Counted from the whole stretch's first letter, positions 23,827 to 37,050 are shown. The stretch is DNA of 63,454 nt, filler included, from Lenisia limosa (GCA_001655205.1; 20 parts of 20 records of this genome joined end to end with filler, not necessarily neighbours in it); one strand, 5' to 3'. A program made the numbers and translations. Notes: a model not told the origin generated them from the letters alone.

Positions 23827-26800
23827 ATAAGAATGTATCATATTTGAGAAATAAATTTCAATACGGGAAGTGGGACATAGTGTAAAGAGAATGACATTTC
23901 AAATACCATAATTTCAAATTTTTCACATCCTCATTAATTTAAGGAGGTTTAACTTATGCACTCATCAAAATCATCCTTCACATTATGAAAATCGGAATTC
24001 CAACGTAATATAAGTATTTTTACAATTTGTATTTCTACCTTGAGTGATACCCAGTTCTTATTATTTGTATTTCCCCCTTGAGTGACACCCAGTTCTTACA
24101 TGTGCTACTTCCTGGTTTTGTTTGAGCGGGCTCGGTTCTAAAAAGTGAGTCCAACATTATATGCTCCAAAGGCAGACAGATCTCAATCTTGTTTCCACAG
24201 AATACTATGCCTTCATATCATTACAACCCCTGATCTATGGACTTCCCAAAGACTGAATTTTCAATATATTGTCGATAATTATAAATATTTGACCGGTCTA
24301 TTCGGACCACAGCGAAGTCCCAATATGACAACGCATGTTTTTATCTTCGAAAATCAGATTCTCCACCATGCATACACTCTGCTCCCTTTGGTCCCAAAAT
24401 AGAATGAATTTCGATAAATGTCAATATTTTTACGCTTTTTTTCGGACCATAGGGAAGCCAAAACTATATCATTTTCGCTTTTACCTGAAAATTAATGATG
24501 TGTCACCACCAAACGGGCCTTTAGTTTCAGAGTGTTACTGGATGGAATTTGTTTTTTCCAAGGAAACTCTTTTGACAAATTTTTGGTAAGACAACTCAAA
24601 TTCAAATCTGATTGAGCAAACTCATTTAGGGCTTAGCCCACAAAATTGAAAGATATGGTCTCTTTAACGAAGAAATGAACAGAGTTGAATTCATCAACAC
24701 AATGCGCAGCGTGTTTTGCACTAAGGAGATCACAAAAGAAGTAACAGAATACAGAATAATTGATCTCTATTTTTCTGAAATCTCGGCTGCAAAGGAAGTC
24801 ATTGACTTTCAAATCAATCCAATACCTTGAAAATAAGACAGATCGAAAGTCCTTGACCATAACTGAGAGCTGGCTGAATATCTTCGAGTCCGTGGAAAAG
24901 GTGCTACTTTATTTCAAGTTGTTTAACAATTAACAGATTTCTCAAAGGTAAATTGAATTTTGATTAGAGTTTAATTTGTCACACCAGATCAGAAATGCGA
25001 GCCCAAGTATTACGTCAATTTCGGTGGCGACTCCTGACTTTTTGTCGAATAACTCAAACCAATTTGAACATTTTCTAATTTGTAGAATTCTAACACTAAA
25101 ATCTAACTATTCTTCGCTAATCCTAAACCCCAGTCCGTTGTGATCTGCTTGTCGCAAACAACAAGTCTTATTATGGCTACACTGAATTAATGATTCATTG
25201 TAAGAACCAAAGAAGGTCCACAGTGTAAGTGGAATAACGAGGGTTTTAGGCTAAAGAAATTAGGTGCCGACAACACCACATGAATAGAAAGGCAAAAAAA
25301 GTGAACAGAAATAAGGAAGGAAGAAAAAGTAGAATAACTAAACATAAACGCTAAATTGATGTAATTAAAAGTAAAATCGTGAATTGTAAAAATGAAAGTA
25401 ACATTACTATGATAATGTATTGATACATTTACCTTACATTATACCTATCCAATCTCAACCAAACCACACTTACGCTTGATCCTGATATTGACTGTAAGAC
25501 ATCTGTATGATTAGAAATAACTCTAACGGACACATTTCATTTTGTTGTTGTTTTAGGTGACAGGGATTACTTCATAAAAAAGTTATTGTGTTAAAAGTTT
25601 GTAAAATCTGGAATAAATACGTCAAAACTATCAAACTTTTAGCTTACCAAGGGTTCTGTTTGGTTCTGATAGTAATTTGACTGCGAGTACTGATTTGCTG
25701 AGCGGTGAGAAATAAAAAAAATCAAATAGGAAAAAGTATTTGCCTGTGTTCCCACTCCGCCTTGGACAACTGCTCCGATAAAAAACAACTACAGCTTTCA
25801 TTGCATTAGTTAGGGGCGGGGTCGCGCTATTTAGTGTAGTAGGCACTAACAATGTATTCGGGTTGGTCTGTTAGTGTACTCATTTTAAACTGCAAAACAT
25901 GGCGAAATCATCCATGTGTCTTGGTATTGGAATTCGTCAATGATATCTCTCAATTTATTTGNNNNNNNNNNNNNNNNNNNNNNNNNNNNNNNNNNNNNNN
26001 NNNNNTTAATTAATTAANNNNNNNNNNNNNNNNNNNNNNNNNNNNNNNNNNNNNNNNNNNNCTCCAATTTTGTGACCGCAAAAAAAAGTGATCCGCATTT
26101 TGTCCACTGATCCGCATTTTGACCCATCACATAGTATGTATTATATATAATTATATGATACATATAAAGCACACACACACACACTCCTAGTCTCAATTGA
26201 AGAAGAACAAACCAGGGCAAATAGCACACAAAGGTTACATAGGGGTCTAACAAGGGGTGAGGGGGGTGGTCAAATGGGCAAAAAAAGAGATATGGTTTGG
26301 ATGACCACCCTAACAAAACCATAATTACTAATAGAAAATTAAGTTCGTACTCAAATGGGAAGATAAGACGTACTGAGATGTAAATCAAGTTCGTTCTCTG
26401 ATGTAATTCCGGATAAATTGTACGAATGACTTCAATTCAAAACCGTTGTAAATTCAACTCAAGGTCAGTGGGAGGGATCCAAAATAATCCACTATATATA
26501 TCTATATAATTTCATCTAAAACACCTGTGAACTGAACTGTCACACAGTTAGTCTCTTAGGTGTATAATTTGGACCAGTATTCTGATTGTTCCTGCCAAAA
26601 AAGTCCATTAACCCCTTCCCATTCCGGGATCCAGAACGTAAATGCTACATTTTTTATTGCTTCGAAAATCCCGGGACAACGAAAACGCGATTTCTGCAAT
26701 GGTTAAGGGCAACCATACGATATTAGTATACCTATTTGATAATAAAAATGGGATCCCAAATCGGCGCCTTGTGTGATGAAACCTCACCATTTCCTTTCAA

Positions 26801-26847
26801 CATATATCGATATACATATTTTCAAAACTAAGACAATATTTAAACAT

Positions 26848-27655
26848 TCAGGGCATAACAAACATGTGATGCATGTTCTCCATAGTAGCAAACGAAACGG
26901 TAATGATATCATCTTGACCATCTTGATCCTTTTCGACCTTCCCACTGATAGATTGAGTGAAACCAACCACAGCAATATTCAATTGAGTTGCTTCGTGGAC
27001 AATTGACTCTGTGATGTACAGTAGTGGAGAGCCGGATGCCCCTTCGAGTAGACCAGCTTGTTTGGAGAGGCTTTCGATTTGATTATTTTTCAAACTTAGC
27101 GACCAACAGAGACATCCTAAAATAGACGATTGTCTTCCCCTAACTGTCACAGAACGAGCTAAGAAGTCAAAAAGGATGAAGTTGGAGGGAGGGGGGGGGG
27201 TAAAGATGACATGGTGAAAGTTGTTAACATTTGACACGGAAGCATTTGTGGTTTTATATTATATAATACAAACGTATTATAAAACTATTTGTTTATTTTA
27301 ATAGCCAGTAATTCATGTAAATAAACATGTTAAAGCCGAATATCCTACCTTCCAAAAAGACTTCCTCGTTCCCGTCCATGATACGTACGGCTTTGACTTT
27401 GGGGTTTGCCAGAAATTTCTTTTTCGGGAAAACTCGGAAGAATTGACTGGCGTTTTTCATTGTATTCTCATCGAATTCCACAAATCTAAGCCTGTATTTG
27501 CTCGCAATGTTGATTTTAAAGGCGCGGAGGATAGCTCGCTTGTATTGTCTTGATGGAAACAAAACCATGTTTGAAGGAGGATTGTCCATTTCCTCCACAC
27601 AGTGGTCGAGAAAGGCGATGTCCGATTCAGATTGTCGACGGACGTTTTCGAATAC
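26848..27655 (-). CDS. Trypsin-like serine peptidase domain fragment
   Basis: Exon with SDIAFL (catalytic Asp-like context) spliced in phase to an exon with EGASGSPLL (GxSGSP nucleophile motif) then IAVVGF. The His motif was not located. Confidence 0.5.
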
Positions 27656-27871
27656 CTACGATAGTCAATTAATAGATCATATGAGATACTTTTAACTCGA
27701 AATGATGAACGAAGAAAACACGAGGGTTCATCCCGAGTTATTAAGAGTATCATTGAGACTTTTCGGTCAATTATCATACAAATGGATATGATGTATCATA
27801 TTACTGTGTGGAAAATGACAGTTCACAAGTGAGAAAATGAAACAATACATTATATCATATCATATATGTAT

Positions 27872-28520
27872 AGTCAAAGCTCCGGACATCATTCAAAATT
27901 CCCGGACACATCAAAACTCCCGGACAGCTTGAGTTTTTCCCTACAAAATCACCATAAACCACCCAAAAACCCTATTTCCCTTTTGTTTTCGAAAGTAATC
28001 TCAATCTTAATTAAAGCATGAAACCCCAATTTAACATATTGTCGGGTCAAAACCAAATTAAGTCCCTGAGCTCTCTGTTAATGGTCCAAATACTGTCAAA
28101 AACAAGCTTTATAAAAGGCCACATTCAAGGAATAAATGGCAACTATCCGGGAAAGTTTACTCTTGTAGACAGTGCTATTTTGAGCAATTTTCTCTCAAAA
28201 TTCACCATTACATAGCCAAAGTAAAGTGGAACCCGGAACCAAATACTCCGAGGGGTGCAAATTTTTGTTTCCTAACACTTAAAGAGGGTAAGATTCAGAA
28301 AAAAAATCCTGTGAAAAGGCAAAAGGGGGAACCCCCGGGAGACCAAATTCACGGATTTTTGACGTTTGCTCAAAATTGAAAAAAAAAAGTTAGGGAACAT
28401 TAGGAGGACCATTTCTCTTTGTATCTGTCGAAACAGATTTTCAAAAAACACGGCAATAACTTCAAGCTGTCGGGGAGTTTTGATGTGTCCGGGAATTTTG
28501 AATGGTGTCCGGAGCTTTGA
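27872..28520. mobile_element. ~650-bp non-autonomous DNA transposon with ~60-bp TIRs
   Basis: Left end tcaaagctccggacatcattcaaaattcccggacacatcaaaactcccggacagcttga matches the reverse complement of 28461-28520. Confidence 0.75.
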
Positions 28521-29283
28521 GGACCCACATATACATATCACACCGTCCATATATCTGTGATTTTTCCAATATCTGTGATTTTTTTAAAAAATTTCATTTT
28601 TTGGATATTTTAGTCTTTCTTTTGCCTGTTTATTCACATTCTTTTTGCTTTAAAGTACTGATGCAACTTTGTTTGATACTTTTTGAACAGAATGCGAATT
28701 TTCTTGTTGAAAACACACTATTTGCAAAAAAAAAAAATAAAGACAAAAAGATATATATTTTTGCCAAAATACAACATAATCGATAAAAATGATATTATCT
28801 TCCACGAGTACCGCGACCTCTTTTCCCTCCGCAAGAATATGGTTTCTTCTACCACGAGTTCGTTGTTGACCATTTTCTAAGAGCAATAAGAGCAACGCTA
28901 AAACTAAAGGCACCACAACCTTGATTGACTTGAGGTAATTTTGCATCCTGTGTTTCTTGATCTTGGTTCGTGGCAACAACTAAAATGGTATTAAGGTCAG
29001 TGATTTTGAAAACACTTCAACAAATTTCCACACATTCCACAAACCGTTTTGCCTTGCAACTCCACCACGCCTGCACCCTCTTCCCCGTCTTGCTCTTCCT
29101 CTTTTTTGGATGTTAAATATGCGATAATAAACAAACCTCCACCAGCTTTTCTTTCCAACTGCCTTTTTCGAACCTCAGTGGCTNNNNNNNNNNNNNNNNN
29201 NNNNNNNNNNNNNNNNNNNNNNNNNNNTTAATTAATTAANNNNNNNNNNNNNNNNNNNNNNNNNNNNNNNNNNNNNNNNNNNN

Positions 29284-31547
29284 CGGCCCGCTTAACTCTA
29301 CTAGGTGTCTGCAACACTTTTGTTGATGGTGTCAACTGTACCCTTCACATGGAGGCCGGCCAGCCTTGCAACTGGATCCCTAAACGTAGGGGATTTTTGA
29401 ACTGACACACTGCTTTGACCCCAAAATGGAACATTTTTCTAACTTTCTTCTAGTTACTGACGATGGTTACTCTGTTTTGGAAGGACAGTGTGAGAACTTC
29501 AACACCACCTTGACCCCCAAGATCTCAGAATTCTCCACGGTTTGCTTCTGGTTTTCGCTATTCGACCTTGGACCCTTTGGCATAATCTCATTCTATTAGA
29601 TCTACAATGAGTATCGTGACAATATGGACAGCAAGAACGAAGATATGCCCTTCCACCTTCTTCGTCTCTGTAATGACCCTGCCTGCCCCCAAGGCTTCAT
29701 GATGATCAACGCCACTACCCTTGAACGTATTGGTGATTGCTTCTGTGATGTTGAAAGGCGGTTGGGGGGGGGGGGNNNNNNNNNNNNNNNNNNNNNNNNN
29801 NNNNNNNNNNNNNNNNNNNNNNNNNNNNNNNNNNNNNNNNNNNNNNNNNNNNNNNNNNNNNNNNNNNNNNNNNNNCTTCCCTCTAACACTTCAACTCATC
29901 ACTCTAGATGCCCCAGCGATTGGACCGGCAACGTAACGCGCACCGAGTCCTACGATGACCACCACACTGACTACTGCGAGGCCTGCGTCAGCGGCGATCT
30001 CCTCGACTGCCAAGTCAACATTCCCGAGTACAACTGTACCACAGGAACGCGTGTCTGCCGTCCTGGTGGAGAGGTCTGCACAACATCCCCTGCGTGATTA
30101 TCCTGTTCATAAAATAAAAACAGTTTTGCGAACTATTGCAAGCAGCCTGTTCACCTTTTAGTGGTCGATGTGTACCCCTACCTGTGACCCCTCTACACCT
30201 CCTGAAGCAACTTGTGATGGAATGGACAACTACAAACGTGTATGTTGAGAGTGTTTTACCACCTCTTACCCCTACTGCTTTTTTGTTTTTCAATAACAAA
30301 AAATAGCAACCCCCCTTTTTCATAAATTTCCAATTTTACCCCCCTCCCCTCCATAACACATTCTCATTTCTCAACCTTAACATATTGATGATATTGCATA
30401 TCAACCAAGGCATTATTATGACTGATTTAATTGTGTGAGCTGTTGACTTCGTTCCACAAATCACTAACAACATATGATGTGAAGATAATATCGCCCCATT
30501 TGACAGTCTAGGCATGTGTTGTGGAAGGTGCTACCGGAGAATGTCGGATTGGAGAACAACGCTGCTCCCTCGGTGTCTACACTCCCTGTGAAATGATGAC
30601 TTTCAACGAGACCTGCGTGGCCTCAGGTGCTTGCTTCGAGTACTCCACAGAATTCATCACAACCCTCGTGTCACTGACCCCATCTCTGCAGCCCAACTTC
30701 ACCATGATGCAACCTTGCTTCATTGACCGCGCTGAGCCCCTCGGTGCCTGTACCGGACTCCACATTTGCGATGGAGGCTACGACTCCAGCATCTGCCACC
30801 CTCTTCTCCCATCTTGCAGCTCTATTGTCACCCCAATTCCCACTCCTCCCACTAATGAAACCGAGCCCATGATTGACTGCATGAGCGGACCCACTGACGT
30901 CGAGTTCTACCTCTGTGTCGAGGANNNNNNNNNNATATTGTATTATTATTTTTCATATTTTGTCTTACCTTTTAGTTTGTTGATGTCCCCGCCACTCTCA
31001 AGTTCAACGACACCATTGTGGCCATGCCTAATGACATGAACCGCTTTGTTTCCGCCGTTGTCTCCCCCAACCTCAACGTGTACGTCAACGCCACCCTTGT
31101 GTTCAAGACTGTCCCCATGGAGATGCCCGAGCCTCCCATGCCCATGATTGACTGCATGAGCGGACCCACTGACGTCGAGTTCTACCTCTGTGTCGAGGAC
31201 TGGCAGTTTGTCACCCTTGTCAACCGCACTGACAACACCACCTTCTCAATTGGCGCTGAGGTTCCTGTTATGGAGTCTGAGAACATTCCTTTCTGGGTAG
31301 GCTGGAGTTGACTCTTTTGATTTTTTTTATTTTTTATTTTTATTTTTATTTTCCACTTGCCCTTCAAATCTTCAAATCTCACCGTTTTATTGTATTATTA
31401 TTTTTCATATTTTGTCTTACCTTTTAGTTTGTTGATGTCCCCTCCACTCTCAAGTTCAACGACACCATTGTGGCAATGCCTAATGATATGAACCGCTTTG
31501 TTTCCGCCGTTGTCTCCCCCAACCTCAACGTGTACGTCAACGCCACC
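29284..31547 (+). CDS. Cys-rich, probably secreted or surface protein with repeated domains (partial at both ends)
   Basis: In-phase exons: ...LGVCNTFVDGVNC...; LCNDPACPQG...; CTTGTRVCRPGGE|WSMCTPTCDPSTPPEATCDGMDNYKR|ACVVEGATGECRIGEQRCSLGVYTPC...; then repeated MIDCMSGPTDVEFYLCVE.../FVDVPATLKFNDTIV... domain. Many N-x-S/T sequons. Confidence 0.7.
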
Positions 31548-31842
31548 NNNNNNNNNNNNNNNNNNNNNNNNNNNNNNNNNNNNNNNNNNNNTTAATTAAT
31601 TAANNNNNNNNNNNNNNNNNNNNNNNNNNNNNNNNNNNNNNNNNNNNTTGAAAATAAGACAATTTTTGATAGAAGTATTATATATAACAATCCACATAAG
31701 CCTTCTTTTGATAGATTGCAATGGGAAATAAAAAAAAAACAAGGTTGCATCTGGATGAAGCCGTCCACGCCATAGCAGTATCAAAATAAAAAAAACCAAA
31801 CTTTTGCCTCATAATTGGTTAAAGTATCACAATAATTCACGC

Positions 31843-33995
31843 AGTACCTTTGACTGACTCTTCATAAAGGTCACTGAGTAGGCACGGAAGTAGATCATTT
31901 TTTCTAAAGCGTTAAGATGTTTGCCATATTTTTACAGAGTTGGAAAGTAGTAGGATTGAAAAAAAAAAAAGTTCGGGGTTCACAAAAAGACCGTTAAAAT
32001 ATCGATATTTTTCAAGGATTTATCGAGAAATTCAGTCTCTTTGGAAACGTGCTGTATAAAGCCTTAAATATGTCCCCTCCCACCAGTAGCGCTGACGGAG
32101 ATCACGTGATCAATGCCCTTCAACGCAAGCTTCTCAATGGCGTCGCCGCGATACGTATCCAGGATCAGAGACCTCAGGCGGCTCAGGACTGAGTCCTTGT
32201 CGAACGCATCACCTGGGGGTGTTAAATCGGGAAATTTATNNNNNNNNNNNNNNNNNNNNNNNNNNNNNNNNNNNNNNNNNNNNNNNNNNNNNNNNNNNNN
32301 NNNNNNNNGAACAGGCTATGAAATCAGAAAATTGGCTCTTTTGAAGGGCAAAATATGCCTGACAGTCCAATTTTTGATGAAATGTGTATATTGTTCAATT
32401 GATGATCGGTAGCCATCCTTAATTCCATTATATATCCCAGAGTCCCCCATACCCTCTCCCCTTCCTTGGGCTTAACTTCAGTTCGAAAAAAGACTGAATT
32501 TCTCGATAAATCCCCGAAAACTATCAATATTTTTNNNNNNNNNNNNNNNNNNNNNNNNNNNNNNNNNNNNNNNNNNNNNNNNNNNNNNNNNNNNNNNNNN
32601 NNNNNNNNNNNNNNNNNNNNNNNNNNNNNNNNNNNNNNNNNNNNNNNNNNNNNNNNNNNNNNNNNNNNNNNNNNNNNNNNNNNNNNNNNNNNNNNNNNNN
32701 NNNNNNNNNNNNNNNNNNNNNNGGAGATCGTCTTCATGTTCTTAATACCTGGGGGGAGGGGTCAAGATACACTTAGAAAATGACGAAGAATAATGTCAAG
32801 AGCAATAAATTGGAAAATTTATGAAACAAAAAAAAAAGCCTGAAATCTTTCCATCGTGGAAATAGAAACCAAAGCACAAATACAACTAGACCGTGCAAAC
32901 ATAAATATCGAGAATATTTCGAGTGGATGAATGTAAATATACGCAATACGCTCTGACAAAGACTGTTATATCTTTAGTCAATCGTGTCAAGACATATCGC
33001 AATCAGTGTAGAAATGTGCTAAGTTTATGACAAATGAGCGTTCCACATAAATAGTTTTAACTGAGCCTTTATTGCAAAAAAAAAAAAATCTGACGAATGA
33101 GAAATACGCGTTCTGAATAACTAATGTAAACAGCTTCTGTACTGCAAAACAATCCAAGGTAGACNNNNNNNNNNNNNNNNNNNNNNNNNNNNNNNNNNNN
33201 NNNNNNNNNNNNNNNNNNNNNNNNNNNNNNNNNNNNNNNNNNNNNNNNNNNNNNNNNNNNNNNAAAATTTGTATCTGACTAAAGCCGTCCACTCCTATGA
33301 GAGATATTGTGTTATTGTATTAATTCGCCCATTCATTTGCCTTACTACTTCTCTATCTGTACCTGTATTAATTTACCTCATAACGTGCTTATATACAGTA
33401 AAATGGTTCAGTCGGTGTCCTCTTTTGTCGATTATATCTTTCCATATTGTCCAAACTCAATCATAATCATCATCTTAGCATCACAAATTCAATCATATCA
33501 TCCACAACATACCCAATTCAATCATGTCAAGAACAACACCGTCGAAAGTCCGACCCATGACAAGGTTGAATGGACGCTTCTTGGAGTGAGTTGCTGCGAG
33601 GGATAAGCCAAACGACATCATAATGCCTACCAAGGGTGAAAAGAGACGAATCCCGGGTTTTAAGGAGGCTCTCAAGAGGGTTTACGTCCTCAAACGGCAT
33701 AGCCTTGTGCTTGCGTGTGAAAAGAAGAGAGTCCGGCTTCTTCAGGCACGACTAAACGTATTAGCTACAGTCTATGGTCATCAGAGGCGTACCAGATCGT
33801 GGAGAGCGTAGTTGTTGATCTCGCTGGAGGTCGGACCCGTGAGGTACATGGCAGTTTTGGTGTTCTCGACCAGTTTTGAGTTTGTCTCAGCGAGATGGCG
33901 AATACCACGCTTCGTTTTAGGTTCCCTACAGCGTCAAAGGAAACTTTTCTTATTCTTAAGAAAGATATTCTTCTTCCCGCTTACACTTTCAGCAT
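31843..33995 (-). CDS. RPF2: Ribosome production factor 2 (Brix domain), 3' partial
   Basis: MLKV|EPKTKRGIRHLAETNSKLVENTKTAM...LKKPD...PFED...SLFTL|ATHSKKRPFNLVMGRTFDGVVLDMIELG|...GDAFDKDSVLSRLRSLILDTYRGDAIEKLALKGIDHVISVSAT|EKMIYFRAYSV. Confidence 0.92.
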
Positions 33996-34094
33996 TGTTG
34001 AAATATGAGTTGCCTTAAAACCCAACAAAAAAGGCAAAATTCAATAATCATTTCAATTTTTGCCCAAAAGCCGGCCCGTTTTTCCTCCTTTTCT

Positions 34095-34612
34095 ATGGGT
34101 GTTACGAATTCTTTACCTCTTTACCGCCATCAGAAAGGTATAACAACAGTAGAACTATTATCTAGCATTAAGACCGAATCGTCCTTCAGTAGTTCCAGAT
34201 CTACCTTTTGTTTCACTTGACTAGAGGAGGGATCAGCGTTTATCATGACAAAGTCAACGTTCCCCAGTATTGAGAGTCTGGACTGGACAACTCAAGTCAC
34301 AGTGTCGTCAAACAAAATGAATCGTGGGCCTCTTGGGGGGGGGGGTTAACAAATAATTGATAATTGCTTGCATTTCAACCAATCCACAAGCACCCTTCCT
34401 CCTCCTCCATCATTTTCTCTTTTTAAAATGAAGTATAAGGAATTTGAAGAATACCAAAATAAGAAATCTTTAAATATAAAATGACATTTTAGGTGTGTTC
34501 CGACCCTTCTTCCACTTCAAGATGGTGACAACCGACGGGAAGATCCATCAATTTGAGGCATCCCGGACCGAGTTTGAGCAACTGCGGTTTAATGTCGCTC
34601 GCGTGTTGAAGG
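34095..34612 (+). CDS. COMM-domain protein (COMMD5-like C-terminal pattern), 3' partial
   Basis: In-phase exons MGVTNSLPLYRHQK|EEGSAFIMTKSTFPSIESLDWTTQVTVSSNKMN|RVFRPFFHFKMVTTDGKIHQFEASRTEFEQLRFNVARVLK. Fits the COMM pattern (W..V..SS..M.R...P...L...DG...FE....F..LR..VA..LK). Confidence 0.75.
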
Positions 34613-35479
34613 GTGGGGGGTATCGTATAATTATACTATGATATTATACTATACTACAAATATATATGTGGTATATATGATATATAATCATTTTTATGAC
34701 ATAGGGGGGGTGATGTGGAAGACGGGANNNNNNNNNNNNNNNNNNNNNNNNNNNNNNNNNNNNNNNNNNNNTTAATTAATTAANNNNNNNNNNNNNNNNN
34801 NNNNNNNNNNNNNNNNNNNNNNNNNNNTTAGTATGTGATGAATCTTCTTGCTTACAATCAATCACAATGACGATTAGTAATTTCACACTAACCCGAACTA
34901 CCTGAATTCCACTGAACGAGGAAGATCCTAAGATGTTAATCACTTATCAGCTGAGACGTGAACATTTGGAGAGAAACAGTGCAAAAACTGACCCAAAACT
35001 GATCTATATCAAATGATATACTTACGTGTAGCTACTTATACATGAAACGTAAATTGTGTGAACTCGAGCAGTCTCCCATTGGCATAAATAGAGGCTTGAG
35101 CGACCAAGACATAACCTCCCCTCAAAGCTGTTCACCTCTGCTTAATTTCGGTTCGAAAATCTATCGATATTTAACCAATTTTTTTCGAACCAAAGTGAAA
35201 TAAAGACACTCCTCCCCACATACACAATGTGCCCTATATCTACCATCCACTAACCTGTCGTCGCATACGTAATGGAATTGGCGTGAGAAGTTCTGAGTGA
35301 GTGAACGAACAGTAAGTACAGGTGGTATGACTCGAAATTCGGTGATATGATCGTGTCACTTGAGGATGGGCAATATCCGTAGATTTCTAATGTAAATTAT
35401 TTCTCTTGTTCAAAAAAAGGATGAGAATACTACACCAGCCATACTCCAACAATACAAATCACACCTCCCCTCCCATAGA

Positions 35480-35640
35480 AATGAGAAATAAAAAAGGTTG
35501 AATCTGGACGAAGGCTTCAACACCATTACTGACAATGGACTATTTATATAGCAGAAATAAAAAAATGGATATCATATATCTGGCGTACAATATCAATTCA
35601 CCCAATCATTTACCTTACAACTCTGTGCACACAGCTTTTT
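35480..35640 (-). mobile_element. Family C copy
   Basis: Plus strand atgagaaataaaaaaggttgaatctggacgaaggc...caattcacccaatcatttaccttacaactctgtgcacacagc. Confidence 0.8.
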
Positions 35641-35943
35641 GCGTTTCTCCCTCATAGCTTACATAAAGTTCATGACCGTGTGTTTTTGGCTCCCGACACA
35701 GTAGAACTTCATGGTAGTGACCGAGAATTTTGAGAGAAGGGAGGGTGACACGTGACCCCAGTCTGACTGCCCAACACTCGAATCCCCTACGTATAAATTT
35801 AGACATTAAGGTGATACAGGCGTCTGGTTTGCAAAAAAAAAAANNNNNNNNNNNNNNNNNNNNNNNNNNNNNNNNNNNNNNNNNNNNTTAATTAATTAAN
35901 NNNNNNNNNNNNNNNNNNNNNNNNNNNNNNNNNNNNNNNNNNN

Positions 35944-37050
35944 GGCCGATGTACACCCTGTCGGCATCGAACGCTTCGCTTCCGACCCCCGACGCCGCCG
36001 ACTCAAAACGCCCGTCACCACCCAGAAAAAACCAGGGTTCCGACGACCAGTCCGAAGACGAGGAAATTCCAGAAATTCCAGAAATTCCAGAATTACCGAT
36101 GAACGCCCGGACCGTGGAGTTAGCCATCCCCAAATCCGCGCAGAAATCGGAGAACTCCGGCGCCGTGTCCTTGAATCTTCCTGCAGCCTTCGCGTCGAGC
36201 ACTAGCGCCAAAACGCCGTTGTCCGTACGGCGCAAGGTGGATTACGATATTACCCGCGTGCAAAGCACTCAGGACGACGACAAGGGCGATCACGTGACCA
36301 GGAAGAAGGCTGGCGAAGAGAACCTCTCCAAGCGGGCCAAACGTCGGGTCAGCCGGCACGCGCGTTACGAACTGGACAACGTGGAAATGGCCAACAAGCA
36401 GCTTGCGGCTTTGGAAGCGGAGGTGGGAGGGTGCTTTCGGCTGACGGATAGAGCTTTTGAGAATTTGCTTCTTATTGCGGGGGCTTTGTTTTCAAGCTTT
36501 TAACATTCTCCCGCCTCCCTCCCTCTTTTGTCTATTAATACAAAAGCAGTATTTTACTCCCCTGCTTTGTTTTTATCAACTCTCGTGTGTTGTTGTCAGC
36601 CAACAGAGTTGATTTTGATCCCTATTTTTTTGTTTCATATATTTTCCAATTTTACCCCCCCCCCCCCCAGCTCGAATCGGACGAAGAGGAGCATCAGGAG
36701 GTGGTGGACTTTGTTGAGAGTTGTGCGGACTTGGACGACGCGGCTTTCAGACAAATATGCACCAAGACTTCCAAGAGCGTCCGGAATGGTGAGGGGGGAG
36801 GGGGGTTAAACAAGAGAAATAATATAGCTACATTAGAAATCTAGGGAAACAAACATAGGGATACCATTAACAAATTACCATGTACACATTTGGACCATAT
36901 GTCTGGGGGTCTCAGAGTGTTTTTTTTTTGTCTTGTTTCCCCCCCATAAATTTCCCTTTTTACTCCCCAGCTTCCAACCGCTTATTCCACGAGTTGTCGA
37001 CGGATAAGAAGCACGAAGTCTCTACTGCTACTCTTGGCCGGCTGAGAATG
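35944..37050 (+). CDS. Hypothetical protein fragment (acidic/Ser-rich, basic patch)
   Basis: Long exon ...EIPEIPEIPELP...KRAKRRVSRH...LEAE|gtggg, then LESDEEEHQEVVDFVESC... and ASNRLFHELSTDKK exons. Confidence 0.55.
36565..36670 (+). mobile_element. Family A intronic repeat ending at the 3' splice site
   Basis: ctcgtgtgttgttgtcagccaacagagttgatttt...attttccaattttac(c)nag|exon. Confidence 0.85.
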
